This document shows, one piece after another, positions 1 through 13,756 of a DNA stretch of 59,733 nucleotides. The notes under the pieces were generated by a model. The model ran no database searches and was not told where the DNA came from. It saw nothing but the letters and a program-made list of their open reading frames with translations. Origin of the DNA: an uncultured Muribaculaceae bacterium. Its GTDB lineage: Bacteria > Bacteroidota > Bacteroidia > Bacteroidales > UBA932. Each line of letters begins with the position of its first letter. The first letter of the stretch is position 1. The DNA lies in NCBI GenBank assembly GCA_964542575.1, contig CAZIUO010000003.1:1-59733 (forward strand). The letters are read 5' to 3'. Made by a program: the position numbers and the translations under genes.

Positions 1-35
1 TCCAGCCCTTTAACAATATCGCAGACTTATAATTT

Positions 36-2249
36 CTAGCGGATGAACAGCAGCTCGCGGTACTTGGGCAGAGGCCAGCACTTGTCGTCCACAATCATCT
101 CCAGCTTGTCTATCTGGTAGCGGATGGGGTCGATCTTGGTCTCCACGGTGTCGTGGTAGGCGATGGCCCTCTCGCGGGCATCCTCTATCTTGTTGGCCTT
201 CTTGCGGGCGTTCACAAGCTCTTCCACCTGAGCTTCGATGGAGCTGGTGCGCTCTGCAATCTCCTCTATCAGCTTGAGGTTGCGCTCGGAGAGCTTGGCG
301 GCCTTCTCCTTGGGGAAGGTCTCGGCCACGGCCTTGACATTCTCCAGCAGCTGGCTCTGGTAGCGGGTCGCCACGGGGATTATGTGGTTCATCGAGAGGT
401 CGCCCAGCACGCGGGCCTCGATCTGGATCTTCTTGGTGTAGGTCTCCCACTTGACCTCGTTGCGGGCCACGAGCTCCTTCTTGGTCATTACGCCCAGGCT
501 CTCGAACATCTTGATGCTGGACTCGTCAAGATAGCGGTCGAAGATGACGGGGCAGGAACGCTCCACGTCCAGGCCGCGGCGGGTCGCCTCCTCCACCCAC
601 TCGTCGCTGTAGCCGTTGCCGTCGAAGCGGATGGGCTTGCAAGTGACGATGTCCTCGCGCAGGATGTCGATGATGGCGTGGTAGGTGGCGTTGTGCTCGG
701 TGCCCTGATACTGCCCTGCAATCTCCTTGATGCGGGCGTCGACCCTCTTCTTGAAGTCCACGAGGGCCTCGGCCACTGCGCAGTTGAGGGCGATCATACC
801 GGAGGCGCAGTTGGCCTCGCTGCCCACGGCGCGGAACTCGAAGCGGTTGCCGGTGAATGCGAAGGGCGAGGTGCGGTTGCGGTCGGTGTTGTCTATCATC
901 AGCTCGGGAATCTCGGGGATATCCATCTTGAGACCCTGCTTGCCGGCAATCGAGAGGGCGTCGCGGTCGGCGCTTTCAATGTGGTCCAGCAGGTCGGAGA
1001 GCTGCTTGCCCAGGAATGAGGAGATGATTGCGGGCGGCGCCTCGTTGGCGCCCAGACGGTGTGCGTTGGAGGCACTCATTATGGAGGCCTTGAGCAGGCC
1101 GTTGTGGCGGTACACGCCCATCAGGGTCTCCACCACGAACACTGCAAAGCGCAGGTTCTGCTCGGGAGTCTTGCCCGGCGCGTGCAGCAGCACGCCGTTG
1201 TCGGTGCAGAGGCTCCAGTTGTTGTGCTTGCCGCTGCCGTTGATGCCGTCGAAGGGCTTCTCGTGCAGCAGCACGCGGAAGCCGTGCTTGCGGGCGATGC
1301 GCTTCATAAGGGACATCAGCAGCATATTGTGGTCCACAGCCAGGTTGGTCTCCTCATAGATGGGGGCCAGCTCAAACTGGTTGGGAGCCACCTCGTTGTG
1401 GCGGGTCTTGCAGGGGATGCCCAGCTTGAGGGCCTCTATCTCCAGCTCGCGCATAAAGGCTGCGACGCGCTCGGGGATGCTGCCGAAGTAGTGGTCGTCC
1501 ATCTGCTGGTTCTTGGCCGAGTCGTGACCCATCAGGGTGCGGCCGGTGAGCAGCAGGTCGGGCCTTGCGGCGTAGAGACCTTCGTCTACCAGGAAGTATT
1601 CCTGCTCCCAGCCGAGGTTGCTGGTGACCTTCTTGACGGAGGGGTCAAAGTAGTGGCAGACATCGGTTGCGGCCACATTCAGGGCGTGGAGCGCGCGCAG
1701 CAGGGGAGCCTTGTAGTCCAGCGCCTCTCCCGAGTAGGAGATGAAGATCGTGGGTATGCAGAGGGTGTCGTCCATTATGAAAATCGGGGATGTGGGATCC
1801 CAGGCGGAGTAGCCGCGCGCCTCAAAGGTAGAGCGGATGCCGCCGGAGGGGAAAGAGGATGCGTCGGGCTCCTGCTGCACGAGCAGCTTGCCGCTGAACT
1901 CCTCTACCATTCCGCCCTTGCCGTCGTGCTCCACGAATGCATCGTGCTTCTCTGCAGTGCCCTCTGTGAGCGGCTGGAACCAGTGTGTGTAGTGGGTGAC
2001 GCCATTCTCGATTGCCCACTGCTTGATGCCGGCGGCGACCTGGTCGGCCACCTTGCGGTCCAGACGGGCACCGTTTTCGATTACATCTACCATTGCCTCA
2101 TAGACATCCTTGGGCAGGTATTTGTACATCTTTTCCTGGTTGAAGACCTTGCAGGCAAAATATTCTGAAGGTCTTTCGGAGGGAGTTTTCACCTCTAGGG
2201 GCTTTTTCTTGAAAGCCTCTCCCACCAGTTGAAATCTTAATGTTTCCAT
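36..2249 (-). CDS. glnN: Glutamine synthetase, type III (GSIII)
   Basis: 737-aa ORF. The length and N-terminus (METLRFQ..KKPLEVKTPSERPSEYFACKVFNQEKMYKYLPKDVYEAM) match Bacteroides-type GSIII as I recall it. ATG checked at 2249-2247. Confidence 0.9.
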   Translation of the reverse strand: METLRFQLVGEAFKKKPLEVKTPSERPSEYFACKVFNQEKMYKYLPKDVYEAMVDVIENGARLDRKVADQVAAGIKQWAIENGVTHYTHWFQPLTEGTAEKHDAFVEHDGKGGMVEEFSGKLLVQQEPDASSFPSGGIRSTFEARGYSAWDPTSPIFIMDDTLCIPTIFISYSGEALDYKAPLLRALHALNVAATDVCHYFDPSVKKVTSNLGWEQEYFLVDEGLYAARPDLLLTGRTLMGHDSAKNQQMDDHYFGSIPERVAAFMRELEIEALKLGIPCKTRHNEVAPNQFELAPIYEETNLAVDHNMLLMSLMKRIARKHGFRVLLHEKPFDGINGSGKHNNWSLCTDNGVLLHAPGKTPEQNLRFAVFVVETLMGVYRHNGLLKASIMSASNAHRLGANEAPPAIISSFLGKQLSDLLDHIESADRDALSIAGKQGLKMDIPEIPELMIDNTDRNRTSPFAFTGNRFEFRAVGSEANCASGMIALNCAVAEALVDFKKRVDARIKEIAGQYQGTEHNATYHAIIDILREDIVTCKPIRFDGNGYSDEWVEEATRRGLDVERSCPVIFDRYLDESSIKMFESLGVMTKKELVARNEVKWETYTKKIQIEARVLGDLSMNHIIPVATRYQSQLLENVKAVAETFPKEKAAKLSERNLKLIEEIAERTSSIEAQVEELVNARKKANKIEDARERAIAYHDTVETKIDPIRYQIDKLEMIVDDKCWPLPKYRELLFIR

Positions 2250-2268
2250 TGCTCGATTGTGTTGATTA

Positions 2269-3507
2269 TTAACTCTTTTTTGTCCAGTTCTCTATTCTGT
2301 GGAGCGCCTCCTCGGTGCGCTCGCGGTTGCCGAAGGCGGTGAGGCGCACATAGCCCTCTCCGCTGGGGCCGAAGCCGACTCCGGGGGTGCAGCTGACGTG
2401 GGCGCCGCGCAACATCTCCTCGAAGAATTGCCACGAGGGGCGGCCTCCGGGGGTCTTCATCCAGATGTAGGGGGCGTTCTCGCCGCCGTACACCGTGAAT
2501 CCCAGGCGCCTCAGGGTGTCGGTCATCATCTTGGCATTGCCCATATAGTAGTCGATGGTCTGCTGTATCTGATATTTGCCGTCGGGGGTGTAGATGGCCT
2601 CCGCCGCCCGCTGCGAAATGTAGCTGGTGCCGTTGAACTTGGTGCACTGACGCCTGTTCCACAGGGGGTTGAGGGCTATGCGCTCGCCGTCGAGAGTGGC
2701 GGCCGTGAGGCTCTTGGGCACGATGGTGTAGCCGCAGCGGATGCCGGTGAAGCCCGCCGTCTTGGAGAAGGAGTGGAACTCGATGGCGCACTTGCGCGCC
2801 CCCTTGATTTCGTAGATCGAGCGGGGGATGTCGGGATCCTTGATGTATGCCTGGTAGGCGGCGTCGTAGAATATCAGCTTGTCGTTCTTCACGGCGTAGT
2901 TGACCCAGGCGCGCAGCTCCTCCTTGGTGAGGACGGCTCCGGTGGGGTTGTTGGGGTAGCAGAGGTAGATGACGTCCACGTCGGTCTCCTCCGGCAGCCT
3001 CGGCTTGAAGCCGGTCTCCTCGGTGCAGGGGATGTAGACCACATTGGTCCAGCGGCCGTCTTCCAGCACCCCGGCCCGCCCTATCATTATGTTGGAGTCG
3101 ATGTACACCGGGTAGCTGGGGTCGGTGACTCCGATGGAGTTGTCCCAGCGGATGAGCTCCTGAATGTTGCCGGTGTCGGATTTGGCTCCGTCGTTGATGA
3201 ATATCTCGTCTATGTCCAGATGGATGCCGCGGGGCAGGAAGTCGTTCTTGAGGATCGCCTCGCGCAGGAAGTCATAGCCCTGCTCGGGGCCGTAGCCGTG
3301 GAACCCCTCCTCGGTGCCCATCTCGTCGGTGGCCTTGTGCATCGCCTCTATCACCGCCGGCGCCAGCGGCCTGGTGACGTCGCCCACTCCCAGCGAGATG
3401 ATGTCATACTCGGGATGCATCATCTTGAGCACGCTGATTTTCTTGGCGACATCTGCAAACAGGTAGTTGTTGGGCAGTTTCAGAAAGTGTTCGTTGACAA
3501 GTGCCAT
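2269..3507 (-). CDS. dapL: LL-diaminopimelate aminotransferase
   Basis: 412 aa. The N-terminus MALVNEHFLKLPNNYLFADVAKK is characteristic of Bacteroides DapL. It has class I/II aminotransferase length and sits directly downstream of dapF. Confidence 0.85.
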   Translation of the reverse strand: MALVNEHFLKLPNNYLFADVAKKISVLKMMHPEYDIISLGVGDVTRPLAPAVIEAMHKATDEMGTEEGFHGYGPEQGYDFLREAILKNDFLPRGIHLDIDEIFINDGAKSDTGNIQELIRWDNSIGVTDPSYPVYIDSNIMIGRAGVLEDGRWTNVVYIPCTEETGFKPRLPEETDVDVIYLCYPNNPTGAVLTKEELRAWVNYAVKNDKLIFYDAAYQAYIKDPDIPRSIYEIKGARKCAIEFHSFSKTAGFTGIRCGYTIVPKSLTAATLDGERIALNPLWNRRQCTKFNGTSYISQRAAEAIYTPDGKYQIQQTIDYYMGNAKMMTDTLRRLGFTVYGGENAPYIWMKTPGGRPSWQFFEEMLRGAHVSCTPGVGFGPSGEGYVRLTAFGNRERTEEALHRIENWTKKS

Positions 3508-3508
3508 A

Positions 3509-4315
3509 TTATTTCATATTAAATTCTCCTTCAAAAACTATCTCTGCGGGGCCTCCCAGAATCATATGGGAGTCGCTCTCGCGCCACTCGAGGAAAAGCG
3601 TGCCGCCGTCCATATTCACGGTGCACCGGCGCGGGGCGCGGCCCGTCTTGAAAGCCGCCGCGGCCACTGCGCAGGCTCCTGTGCCGCACGCCTGCGTGAT
3701 GCCGCTCCCGCGCTCCCAGACCCTCACGGTGAACTCCGAAGGGCCCTCCTGGCGGGCGAACTCTATGTTGCAGCGCTGCGGGAATGCGGCGTGGCGCTCC
3801 AGCACCGGCCCGCGCGATTCAACCGAATCGATTGAATCTGCAAAGATAACATAATGCGGGTTTCCCATCGACACAAAATATCCGAAACCGGGATCTTCCG
3901 CCTCGTTGAAGAGGGCCGGGTCGCAGAACGAGGGGACAAGCATATCCACGTTGACCCCCACGGGCCGGCCCGCCTGCAGCCTCACGGAGAGCTTCTTGAC
4001 TCCGGAGCGGGTGTCGAGCCGCACCGCAGGGTCGGCCGCCAGCCCCTTCTCGTAGAGGTAGCGCCCCACGCACCGCGCCGCGTTGCCGCACATAAGCGCC
4101 TCGCTGCCGTCGGCATTGAAGATGCGCATATAAAAGTCGGAGCCGCCGCCGTGGGATTTACCGAACAGCACCAGGCCGTCGCCGCCGATGCCCTTGTGCC
4201 GGTCGCTGAGGATGCGGGCCGCCTCGGAGGGGTTCTCTATCGGGTAGCGGTCGGCATCGACATAGATGTAGTCGTTGCCCGCCCCGTGCATTTTGGTAAA
4301 TCTCACTGTGCTCAT
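3509..4315 (-). CDS. dapF: Diaminopimelate epimerase
   Basis: 268 aa. Contains FTKMHGAGNDYIYVD and a second GNPH..F half-domain motif. Its ATG overlaps the gltD stop (ATGA). Confidence 0.9.
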   Translation of the reverse strand: MSTVRFTKMHGAGNDYIYVDADRYPIENPSEAARILSDRHKGIGGDGLVLFGKSHGGGSDFYMRIFNADGSEALMCGNAARCVGRYLYEKGLAADPAVRLDTRSGVKKLSVRLQAGRPVGVNVDMLVPSFCDPALFNEAEDPGFGYFVSMGNPHYVIFADSIDSVESRGPVLERHAAFPQRCNIEFARQEGPSEFTVRVWERGSGITQACGTGACAVAAAAFKTGRAPRRCTVNMDGGTLFLEWRESDSHMILGGPAEIVFEGEFNMK

Positions 4316-5658
4316 TTCGAAAGGTATTTATCTGCTTTGAGAGCGGCCTGCCTGCCGCTTGCCATTGCCTTCACTACCAGGGAGGCGCCTGAAGCCGCAT
4401 CTCCGCACACGAACACGTTTGCGGGGTATTCGGGCTGCACCGGCTTGAGGAAGCCCATCGCCAGCAGCGCCATCTCGGCCTTGATGATTTCGGGCTTGCC
4501 CTTCTCCACCATTATGGGGCGCCCTCCCTCGGGGTTGGGCTTCCAGTCTATCTCCTGCACGCGCACGCCGGTAAGGCGTCCTTCCTTGCCTATGAACTCC
4601 AGGGTGTTGATGTTCCAGCGGCGGGTGCACCCCTCCTCGTGGCTGCTGGTGGTCTTGAGGGTGCGGGGATAGCCGGGCCAGGGGTTGGCGGGGTCCACGG
4701 GACCCTCCACCGGACGGGGCATTATCTCTATCTGGGTCACGCTGCGGCAGCCCTGACGGTGGGCGGTGCCGATGCAGTCGCTGCCCGTGTCGCCGCCGCC
4801 GATCACCAGCACATCCTTGCCGTGGGCGTTCACCAGAGCGTCTTTGCCGAATTCGGCCCCCGCCAGCACGCGGTTCTGCTGCGAGAGCATCTCCAGCGCA
4901 AAGTAGACTCCCTTGAGCTCGCGGCCGGGAATTTTGAGGTCGCGGGCGTCGGGGGTGCCGGTGGCCACAATCACGGCGTCGTATTCAGAGGCGAACTTCT
5001 CGTCGCACACGATTTCCTGATTGAAGCGGAATTTGATGCCCTCCTGCTCCAGGAGCGACATACGGCGGTCTATGATGGCCTTGTTCAGCTTGAAGTTGGG
5101 GATGCCGTAGCGCAGCAGTCCGCCGCAGGATTCGTTTTTGTCGAACACGGTGACATCATACCCCTTTGCGTTGAGGGCGTCCGCCGCCGCAAGGCCGGAA
5201 GGGCCACTTCCTATGACAGCAATCGATTTTCCGTTGCGCTCTATGGTGCGCACGGAGACGTAGCCCTCCCGGAATGCGATTTCGGTGATCGCCGCCTCGT
5301 CCTCGCGGTTGGTGGTCGGCTCCGAGAGTATGCGGTTCAGCACGCAGGCTTTCTCGCAGAGGGCCGGGCACACGCGCCCTGTGAATTCGGGGAAGGGGTT
5401 GGTGGCGTTCAAAAGTTTGTATGCAAGTTCAAAATCGTCTTTGTAGAGGGCGTCGTTCCACTCCGGCGGCTTGTTGCCCAGAGGGCAGGCCCAGTGGCAG
5501 AAGGGGACCCCGCAGTCCATGCAGCGGGATGCCTGCAGTTTGCGCTCGCGGCTGTTGAGAGTCTGCTCTACCTCGCCGAAGTCGCGTATTCTGTCGTGGA
5601 TCGGCCTGTATCCGGCCTCCTGACGATGTATTTCAAGAAATGCTTTATTGTTTCCCAT
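4312..5658 (-). CDS. gltD: Glutamate synthase (NADPH) small subunit
   Basis: 448 aa. Has the N-terminal Fe-S Cys cluster (CMDCGVPFCH..CPLGN) and the dinucleotide fold VAVIGSGPSGLAAA. Lies immediately downstream of gltB. Confidence 0.9.
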   Translation of the reverse strand: MGNNKAFLEIHRQEAGYRPIHDRIRDFGEVEQTLNSRERKLQASRCMDCGVPFCHWACPLGNKPPEWNDALYKDDFELAYKLLNATNPFPEFTGRVCPALCEKACVLNRILSEPTTNREDEAAITEIAFREGYVSVRTIERNGKSIAVIGSGPSGLAAADALNAKGYDVTVFDKNESCGGLLRYGIPNFKLNKAIIDRRMSLLEQEGIKFRFNQEIVCDEKFASEYDAVIVATGTPDARDLKIPGRELKGVYFALEMLSQQNRVLAGAEFGKDALVNAHGKDVLVIGGGDTGSDCIGTAHRQGCRSVTQIEIMPRPVEGPVDPANPWPGYPRTLKTTSSHEEGCTRRWNINTLEFIGKEGRLTGVRVQEIDWKPNPEGGRPIMVEKGKPEIIKAEMALLAMGFLKPVQPEYPANVFVCGDAASGASLVVKAMASGRQAALKADKYLSK

Positions 5659-5670
5659 GGTGAAGTCTGT

Positions 5671-8600
5671 TTAATAGTCACGCTGCATGCCGGCAATCTT
5701 TGCGCTGAGCTTCTTTACCTGCTCCTGCTGCAGCACCTGCTTGTATTCGATAGGTATTACCTGGATAAAGTCCTCTACATAGCGGTTCCAGTCGTCGAGC
5801 ATCGTGCGCGCCAGCCGGCTGCCGGTGTAGAGGTAGTGCAGGCGGATGAGTTCGTGCAGCTCCTTGCGGGAGACGGCGTCCTCCACCAGGTTCATCTCCA
5901 CCATATCCATATTGCAGAAATAGTCAAAATTGTGGTTGCAGTCCCACACATAGGCCACGCCGCCCGACATACCCGCCGCAAAGTTGCGCCCGGTGGGGCC
6001 CAGTACAACCACGCGGCCGCCGGTCATATATTCGCAGCAGTGGTCGCCGGCACCCTCCACGACGGCGGTGGCGCCGGAGTTGCGCACTGCAAAGCGCTCT
6101 CCCACGCGGCCGTTCACGTAGAGTTCACCGCCCGTGGCGCCATATAATCCCGTATTGCCCGCTATGATGTTTTCGGCAGCGGAATATGTGGCGCGTGCGG
6201 GAGGGAATATCGCTATGCGGCCGCCGCTGAGCCCTTTGGCGTAGTAGTCGTTGGTCTCGCCCTCCAGACGGAAGGTGATGCCGTGGGCCAGGAACGCGCC
6301 GAAGGACTGCCCGGCGGAGCCTTTGAACTTGACGTTGACAGTGTCGTCTCCAAGGCCGTCATTGCCGAACCGGGAGGCTATGACGCCCGAGAGCATTGCC
6401 CCCACGGCACGGTCGGTGTTCTTGATGCCGTAGTCCAGATTGACCTCTTCCTGAGAGTTGAGAGCGGGCTGCGCGGCCTCTATCATCACCTTGTCCAGCA
6501 CAGTCTCCTGCATACCCAGCGGGGTCGCGGGGCAGCGGGCATCGCCGGTAAAGTGCAGCACGCCCTCCTCCTTGTGCAGCAGACGGCCCAGATCCAGCAC
6601 GCCGGGGGCGGCCTCCAGAAGCTCGGTGTGCCCCACGATGTCGTCCAGAGAGCGGAAGCCCATCTCGGCGAGATATTCGCGCACCTGCTGCGCTATGAAT
6701 TTGAAGTAGTTTACAAGATATTCGTATTTGCCGATGAAGTGCTTGCGCAGCTCGGGGTTCTGGGTTGCGACACCCATCGGGCAGGTGTTGGCGCTGCACT
6801 TTCTCATCATCACGCAGCCCAGCACTATCAGGGCCGACGTGCCGAATGCGAATTCGTCGGCGCCCAGCAGGGCCATCAGCACCACGTCGCGGCCCGTCTT
6901 GATCTGGCCGTCGACCTGCACCCTGACAGAAGAGCGCAGTCCGTTGCGCACCAGGGTCTGTTGCGCCTCGCTCAGGCCGATTTCGGGGGAGATGCCGGCA
7001 AAGCGCATACTGCTGGCGGGGGATGCCCCCGTGCCGCCCTCGGCGCCGCTGATCACCACGATGTCGGCCTTGGCCTTGGCCACTCCGGCGGCGATTGTGC
7101 CCACGCCGCTCTCGGCCACCAGCTTCACGGATACCGCCGCGGCGGGATTGACATTCTTGAGGTCAAAAATCAGCTGCGAGAGGTCCTCGATGCTGTAGAT
7201 GTCGTGGTGGGGCGGCGGCGAAATGAGGCTGATGCCGGGGATGCTGTTCCTGGTCTTGGCAATGATTTCATTCACCTTGAAGCCGGGCAGCTGGCCGCCC
7301 TCGCCGGGCTTGGCACCCTGCGCCACCTTGATCTGTATCTCCTCGGCATTCACCAGATACTCCGCCGTGACGCCGAAGCGGCCGCTGGCCACCTGCTTGG
7401 TCTTGGAGCTGAGGCTGATGCCGTCGTATGTGCTGTGGAAGCGTTCGCTGTCTTCGCCGCCCTCGCCCGTATTGCTGCGGGTGCCCAGGGCGTTCATCGC
7501 CAGGCAGATGGCCTCGTGCGCCTCTTTGCTGAGGGCTCCGAACGACATCGCGCCCGACACGAAGTGCTTCACAATCTTCTCCACGGGCTCCACCTCGTCT
7601 ATGTCTATGGGGTTCTTTTTCCAGGAGAGGAAGTCGCGGATGAATATGGGCTGCGCGGTGTTGTCGGCCAGGGCTGCGAACTCCTTGAACTTGGAGTAGC
7701 TGCCGGTGCGGGTGGCCAGCTGCAGGGTGGCTATGGCGTCGGGGTTCCAGGCGTGGCGGATGCCGTCGCGCCTCCAGTGGAACTGCCCGGCGTCGGGGAG
7801 GAAGTCCACTGAATCCTTTGCCGGATAGTAGGCCGCATTGTGGCGCGCAAGGGCGTCAGCGGCTATCTTCTCCAGCCCGATGCCGCCGATGGTGCTGTGC
7901 TCGGTGCCGAAGTATTTGCGCAGCAGGTCATCTCCAAGCCCGATGCTCTCGAAAATCTGGGCGCCGCGGTAGCTGCGGATGGTGGAGATGCCCATCTTGG
8001 CCATTATCTTGAAGAGGCCCTTCTTGACCGCCTCTATGTAGTTGTGCTCCGCGGTGTTGTAGTCCTCCTGGATCTTGTGGCGCTTGACCAGGTCGTCCAG
8101 GATGGCGAATGTCATATAGGGGCACAGGGCAGAAGCGCCGTAGCCCAGCAGCAGCGCCGCGTGCATCGTCTCCCTTATCTCGCCGCTCTCCACGATCAGG
8201 GCCGTCTGGACCCTCTTGCCGGCATCAATCAGATAGTGGTGCACGGCCGACACCGCCAGCAGGCTGGGAATCGCCACGTGGTAGCGGTCGGCGTCGCGGT
8301 CGGTGAGGATTATGTAGTTGTAGCCCTCCTCCACTGCGGAGAGAGCCTTGCGGCAGAGGTCGGAGAGCGCCTCGCGCAGCGAATCGCCCCCGCGGCCGTC
8401 AAACACCATAGGGAGCTTGATTGTATTGAAACCCTTGTAGCGGATATTGCAGAGAATGTCCAGCTGGGTGTTGTTCAGTATCGGATGGGGCAGGCGCACC
8501 ATCTTGCAGTTGTTCTCGTCTGCCTTGAGAATGCCGCTGCCCACGCGGCCGATGTACTCCGTGAGCGACATCACCAGATTCTCCCTGATGGAGTCGATGG

Positions 8601-10140
8601 CGGGGTTGGTGACCTGCGCGAACTGCTGGCGGAAGTAGTTGAACAGCAGCTGCGGACGGTCGCTGAGCACCGCCAGCGGGGTGTCGTTGCCCATCGAGGC
8701 GGTGGGCTCCTGGCCCTTCTCCGCCATAGGGGCTATGGTGGCGCTGATGTCCTCGCTGCTGAAGCCGAACTGACGCTCGCGCAGCAGCAGGTCGTCTACC
8801 GAATTGGCCACGTGGCGGCCGCTCTTGAGCTTCTCCAGCTGGATGCGGTTGGTGCTGAGCCACTGGCGGTAGGGGTGCTCGCCGGCCAGCGAGGCCTTGA
8901 TTTCGCCGTCGTAGTAGATTTTGCCCTCCTGGGTGTCCACAAGCAGGATTTTGCCCGGCTGCAGGCGCCCTTTCTCCACCACGTCCGCCGGCTTGATGTC
9001 CAGCACGCCCACCTCGCTGGCGACCATAAGGGTGCCTCCCTTGGTGATGGTGTACCTTGCGGGGCGCAGGCCGTTGCGGTCAAGCATACCGCCGGCATAC
9101 CGGCCGTCGGAAAAGAGCAGGGCGGCGGGGCCGTCCCAGGGCTCCATAAGTATGGAGTGATATTCATAGAAGGCCTTGAGGTCTTCGCTGATGGGGTTCT
9201 TGTCGTTGAAGCTCTCCGGAATCAGCAGGCTCAGGGCGTGGGGCAGCGAGAGGCCCGACATAACAAAGAATTCCAGCACGTTGTCAAGGCTGGCGGAGTC
9301 GCTGCGCCCCGGCTCGATTATGGGGGAGATCGACTTTATGTCGCCCAGCGCCTCGCTGGAGAGGACGCTCTCGCGGGCCTTCATCCAGGCGCGGTTGCCG
9401 CGGATGGTGTTGATTTCGCCGTTGTGCGAGAGGAGCCGGAAAGGCTGCGCCAGCGCCCACGCGGGGAAGGTGTTGGTGCTGAACCGGGAGTGGACCACGG
9501 CCAGCGCGCTGGTGAAGTAGGGGTCGGAGAGGTCGGGGAAATATTCTCTCAGCTGCATGGAGGAGAGCATTCCCTTGTAAACTATATCCTTGTTGCTCAG
9601 GGAGCAGATGTAGAAGTCCTTGTGGCTGATGCGGCGCTCTATCTTCTTGCGGATGAGGTAGAGGGTGCGGGGGAGGGTCTCAACCTCGCTCTCGCTGCAG
9701 CCGGTGATGAATATCTGTTTGATGGCGGGCTCGGTGGCGCCGGAGCGCTCTCCCAGCACGGAAGAGTTCACCGGCACGTCGCGCAGGTGGCTCAGCGTGA
9801 GCCCGGCGAGTTCCGTCTCCTCCTTCATTATCGCTATCATCTCGCTCTGGAGTGCCTCGTCCTTGGGCAGGAACACCAGGCCGGTGCCGTAATGTCCCTT
9901 TTCGGGGACGGGCACGCCCTGCAACAATATAAATTCGTGGGGAATCTGCACCAGGATGCCCGCGCCGTCGCCGTCACGGCCGACTTCGGCGCCGCGGTGG
10001 CGCATATTCTCCAGGACGCTGAGGGCGTCCAGCACCAATTCGTGGCTCTTCCCGCCGCGGATGTTCACAATCATGCCCACGCCGCAGGCATCGTGTTCGT
10101 ATCCGCTCCGGTAAAGCCCATTTTGTTCGTTTGCTGTCAT
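5671..10140 (-). CDS. gltB: Glutamate synthase large subunit
   Basis: About 1489 aa. Has an Ntn amidotransferase start (HDACGVGMIV), the FMN/Fe-S central region and a C-terminal GXGXG-type beta-helix region. The track start at 10179 is a TTG, so I prefer the ATG at 10140 (MTANEQNGLY..). Confidence 0.92.
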   Translation of the reverse strand: MTANEQNGLYRSGYEHDACGVGMIVNIRGGKSHELVLDALSVLENMRHRGAEVGRDGDGAGILVQIPHEFILLQGVPVPEKGHYGTGLVFLPKDEALQSEMIAIMKEETELAGLTLSHLRDVPVNSSVLGERSGATEPAIKQIFITGCSESEVETLPRTLYLIRKKIERRISHKDFYICSLSNKDIVYKGMLSSMQLREYFPDLSDPYFTSALAVVHSRFSTNTFPAWALAQPFRLLSHNGEINTIRGNRAWMKARESVLSSEALGDIKSISPIIEPGRSDSASLDNVLEFFVMSGLSLPHALSLLIPESFNDKNPISEDLKAFYEYHSILMEPWDGPAALLFSDGRYAGGMLDRNGLRPARYTITKGGTLMVASEVGVLDIKPADVVEKGRLQPGKILLVDTQEGKIYYDGEIKASLAGEHPYRQWLSTNRIQLEKLKSGRHVANSVDDLLLRERQFGFSSEDISATIAPMAEKGQEPTASMGNDTPLAVLSDRPQLLFNYFRQQFAQVTNPAIDSIRENLVMSLTEYIGRVGSGILKADENNCKMVRLPHPILNNTQLDILCNIRYKGFNTIKLPMVFDGRGGDSLREALSDLCRKALSAVEEGYNYIILTDRDADRYHVAIPSLLAVSAVHHYLIDAGKRVQTALIVESGEIRETMHAALLLGYGASALCPYMTFAILDDLVKRHKIQEDYNTAEHNYIEAVKKGLFKIMAKMGISTIRSYRGAQIFESIGLGDDLLRKYFGTEHSTIGGIGLEKIAADALARHNAAYYPAKDSVDFLPDAGQFHWRRDGIRHAWNPDAIATLQLATRTGSYSKFKEFAALADNTAQPIFIRDFLSWKKNPIDIDEVEPVEKIVKHFVSGAMSFGALSKEAHEAICLAMNALGTRSNTGEGGEDSERFHSTYDGISLSSKTKQVASGRFGVTAEYLVNAEEIQIKVAQGAKPGEGGQLPGFKVNEIIAKTRNSIPGISLISPPPHHDIYSIEDLSQLIFDLKNVNPAAAVSVKLVAESGVGTIAAGVAKAKADIVVISGAEGGTGASPASSMRFAGISPEIGLSEAQQTLVRNGLRSSVRVQVDGQIKTGRDVVLMALLGADEFAFGTSALIVLGCVMMRKCSANTCPMGVATQNPELRKHFIGKYEYLVNYFKFIAQQVREYLAEMGFRSLDDIVGHTELLEAAPGVLDLGRLLHKEEGVLHFTGDARCPATPLGMQETVLDKVMIEAAQPALNSQEEVNLDYGIKNTDRAVGAMLSGVIASRFGNDGLGDDTVNVKFKGSAGQSFGAFLAHGITFRLEGETNDYYAKGLSGGRIAIFPPARATYSAAENIIAGNTGLYGATGGELYVNGRVGERFAVRNSGATAVVEGAGDHCCEYMTGGRVVVLGPTGRNFAAGMSGGVAYVWDCNHNFDYFCNMDMVEMNLVEDAVSRKELHELIRLHYLYTGSRLARTMLDDWNRYVEDFIQVIPIEYKQVLQQEQVKKLSAKIAGMQRDY

Positions 10141-13756
<3,616 letters not shown>
